Shown piece by piece: positions 61,350 through 64,000 of a stretch of 64,000 bases of DNA (positions are counted from its first letter, which is position 1; every line of letters starts with the position of its first letter). The stretch lies in sequence record DRR723986_791; one strand, 5' to 3'. The translations under genes and the position numbers were made by a program. The notes under the pieces were generated by a model that worked only from the letters and a program-made list of their open reading frames with translations, did no database searches and had not been told where the DNA came from.

Positions 61350-62123
61350 TTGGCCGGTACGCAACGCGAGCCAACCATCAACCCCTTTGCAACACGCTAC
61401 GTTGCACCCGGGAAACTTGAGTGGATCCCTCCTCGATCGCCTGACGCCTACGCACACTCCGGAAAGCCGGCCTCCGCAGCCCCACTGTCTGCGGATGAGC
61501 ACTTGGACATACTGGCAGAACGCTTCCACCGCGCGTGCGGCGGTCGAGCGGCCATTGTTGGCCCTCACGGCAGTGGTAAATCCACGCTGCTTGAGCATCT
61601 CGTCCCGCGACTCGCCCAAGGGGCAATCCACCGCATTGGTGAAGACCTGCCGCAACGATCCAACCACACACCTCAGACGCTGTGGTTTGTTGCCCGTTCA
61701 AGCGGAAAACGCCCCGCCGTTGCTGAATATGCACAAGGCGACTTCGTTGTGGTCGACGGCTTCGAGCAGTTTGGGTTACTTAGCAGGTTTCGAATCATTT
61801 TCGGCACGCGGATGAAGGGAGCCCAGTTGTTGGTCACAAGCCACCGTCGATCCATCTTGCCAATGCTTTGGACAACAAAAGTAGACGCCGCAACCTTGAA
61901 GGAGATCTGCACAGCCGCGGCAGGACTTGCCGCTCGGACCAACCCAACGACGGCTGAGCCGAATCGCTTGCTACCCGAAAGCGTCTATCGAGAGACGGAA
62001 CTGGAGAGCATGCTCCGTCGCTTCCAAGGGAACGCAAGAGAGTGCCTGATGCACTTATATGATCTAAATCAGTCGCCCAAAGGCAATACCGAGATAGCCT
62101 CTGCCCGAGACAGCCAAAACTGA
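61350..62123 (+). CDS. P-loop AAA+ ATPase (DnaA/Hda-like module)
   Basis: NPF; GPHGSGKST; VVVDGFEQ; LLVTSH; GNARECL. Confidence 0.75.
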   Translation: MAGTQREPTINPFATRYVAPGKLEWIPPRSPDAYAHSGKPASAAPLSADEHLDILAERFHRACGGRAAIVGPHGSGKSTLLEHLVPRLAQGAIHRIGEDLPQRSNHTPQTLWFVARSSGKRPAVAEYAQGDFVVVDGFEQFGLLSRFRIIFGTRMKGAQLLVTSHRRSILPMLWTTKVDAATLKEICTAAAGLAARTNPTTAEPNRLLPESVYRETELESMLRRFQGNARECLMHLYDLNQSPKGNTEIASARDSQN

Positions 62124-62257
62124 AACACTGATTTTGCCCAGCGAATGTAGCCCTGCCCCATCAAGCAGAGTTGGCTTTTGATCTACAATGTGCCCTACGA
62201 AGCGATATTCTGCACTAAGATTTTTGCCCCTCCAATTCTCACATCTGGAATCGAACC

Positions 62258-62932
62258 GTGGCACCACGGCTGAACGTCATTATTTCTCAACCTGCGACCC
62301 GCGACAGCAGTTCGGCAGAGCTAGAAGAAAAGCTCATCGGCGAACTGATTATGTCGCAGGGCTTGGATGCAAATTTGGTTGGCCCGCTGGAACACATTGC
62401 CGCCGATAGCACCGACTGGCTGTGTTTGAATGGATTCCGTGGCAGCTTGGCCCTGATTTCGTGGCTCGAAACCGAACAGATCGCCGAGCATTGGCAACGA
62501 TTGGGACTAACGGGAACGGTTCGAAAATACGGCTCGCCAGGAATTCCAGGACAGTCCATCATCCACATTCCGGCCGATGTCGACTCAACCGTAGAGAGCA
62601 TCACTGCAAACCTGCTGAAGATCCTTGACGACCGCAGCGTAAAGACCGTCGGCATCAATCTGCCGATAGCAAAACCGAACGGCAAATCAGCCTCGAACGC
62701 TACCACTGCGAAGCCACCAGCAGCACAGCCGGAAAATCGCAATGGGACCAAGGGAGATGGTTCAGAGAAGCCAGCCTTGGCGAATAAGGCCGAACAAACC
62801 AGTGCTCCAGGAGAAGCCGCCTCACAAGACAAGAAACACGACGCAGCACCGCAATCCACCGACATCAACAGCGAGGACGACTGGGCATCTCTGGACGACC
62901 TGATTGATCAGCTTGACGCCTTTGACCAATAA
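62258..62932 (+). CDS. Hypothetical protein with acidic C-terminal helix
   Basis: Long ORF with globular N-terminus, disordered linker and LDDLIDQLD tail. Confidence 0.7.
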   Translation: MAPRLNVIISQPATRDSSSAELEEKLIGELIMSQGLDANLVGPLEHIAADSTDWLCLNGFRGSLALISWLETEQIAEHWQRLGLTGTVRKYGSPGIPGQSIIHIPADVDSTVESITANLLKILDDRSVKTVGINLPIAKPNGKSASNATTAKPPAAQPENRNGTKGDGSEKPALANKAEQTSAPGEAASQDKKHDAAPQSTDINSEDDWASLDDLIDQLDAFDQ

Positions 62933-62962
62933 CTAATCAGTGCAGCAAGGAGGCTCGTGGGT

Positions 62963-63622
62963 ATGCAAGAACCGGACAACACACCTGATCGCGACGCCGC
63001 AAATGCCGCTCAGTGGGTCGGCTTTGAGCTTCACGACGGACTGCTTCAGTGGATCGTCGGCGCAAGAATGACGCTGCAGGCCAGTTTGGACTCGGCCACT
63101 GATCAGTCTGGTGTGCCGAAGGAGAAAGTACAGTCGGCGTTAGACGGCTTGCTCGCAGCCGCCGATGAAGGCCGGGCGCTGATTACGTTCTTAGAACGCC
63201 ACTCAGCGGCACAGATCAACGTCGATCTCAAGATAGTTATTCGCGAAGCGATCAACCAAATCGCCAAGCACGATGGGCCGCCGATCACGCTTGACACTTC
63301 GGGTGAGCTGGTCCTGCCGCAAGCGACTACGTGGCACATCACGCGGATTATTCAACAGGCGATACGAAACGCCATTCTGCACGCTCAAGCCACAACGATC
63401 GCGGTCAGCGCGGTCCGTCAAGACAACACACTGACGGTCTTGGTTCAAGATGACGGGGTTGGCTTTGATACCTCGGCGCCATCGCGTCCCAACCACTTTG
63501 GCCTTGGAAGCATGCAACAGCGCAGCGGAGCACTCGGTGGCAACCTGCAAATCCGCTCAGGTGTAGGCACAGGTACAGCAATTGAATTAACCGTGCGGAT
63601 TGATGACAGCAGCGACGATTAG
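62963..63622 (+). CDS. Soluble NarX/UhpB-type histidine kinase with no input domain
   Basis: ELHDGLLQ; RIIQQAIRNAILHA; DDGVGF; FGLGSMQQR; GTGT. Confidence 0.85.
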   Translation: MQEPDNTPDRDAANAAQWVGFELHDGLLQWIVGARMTLQASLDSATDQSGVPKEKVQSALDGLLAAADEGRALITFLERHSAAQINVDLKIVIREAINQIAKHDGPPITLDTSGELVLPQATTWHITRIIQQAIRNAILHAQATTIAVSAVRQDNTLTVLVQDDGVGFDTSAPSRPNHFGLGSMQQRSGALGGNLQIRSGVGTGTAIELTVRIDDSSDD

Positions 63623-63653
63623 CCGTTGCCGAAACGCAGACTCTAAAGCACCT

Positions 63654-63902
63654 CTATGAATCGGCGTCGTTTCCGATTTCTTTCAGTGACTTACCAAGTC
63701 GTTTTCGTCCCGTGTTGCCGCGGCGACCTGTGGTCTTGGGTGCGTCATCCGTGCGGTCGATGTTGAGAAAACCTGACACACTGGGATGCAATTCTTCTGC
63801 AGCCGCTGGTGATCCCAGTTGCTCGACTGCGTCGCTTACGCCCAACAGGACCGATTGCCGAACGCCATCACGGATCCATGTGAATAGATTCATATTGCTC
63901 AT
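63654..63902 (-). CDS. Small hypothetical protein
   Basis: AGGAA upstream; NLFTWIRDGVRQSVLLGVSDAVEQLG..RKRLGKSL looks protein-like. Confidence 0.7.
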   Translation of the reverse strand: MSNMNLFTWIRDGVRQSVLLGVSDAVEQLGSPAAAEELHPSVSGFLNIDRTDDAPKTTGRRGNTGRKRLGKSLKEIGNDADS

Positions 63903-64000
63903 CGCACGTTCCTCCTTGCGAGACTTTCATCAAATGCGGGAGGGAATTGCCAGCAATTCATTTTTACTTCTCCCACGCTGAGCCTGCGTTTTCGGCTGCA

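Overview
This window looks like ordinary chromosome from a planctomycete, probably Pirellulaceae-like. That call is inferred from the PSD1/DUF1553-DUF1501 pairs, the DUF1592-DUF1552 pair, PVC-type heme proteins and ECF sigma/Ser-Thr kinase pairs. It holds about 46 genes and I saw no rRNA, tRNA, CRISPR array, prophage or transposase. From left to right: ftsH-rsgA; a six-gene MoxR/DUF58/DUF4350/DUF4129-like operon; a long run of exported redox and catabolic genes (multi-CBM PQQ-type sugar dehydrogenase, a split PVC-type dehydrogenase/cytochrome c, three cytochrome c + Tat-partner modules, a sulfatase, two esterases); a hybrid kinase; two ECF sigma + kinase cassettes; an ABC exporter; an AAA/VWA pair; mtnC; and several unknown genes at the right end. 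The best candidate for an undescribed system is the operon at 59907-62123. It encodes a 4-TM protein with a putative arrestin/Spo0M-like domain, a stand-alone putative arrestin-like protein and a DnaA/Hda-like AAA+ ATPase, and it sits back-to-back with a beta-propeller gene. Other candidates are a DPF/NPF-repeat protein ending a sigma-kinase operon, an HPD-less J-domain membrane protein behind a sigma28-like promoter, and a VOC enzyme with two possible starts. All domain calls were made by eye from motifs; no searches were run.
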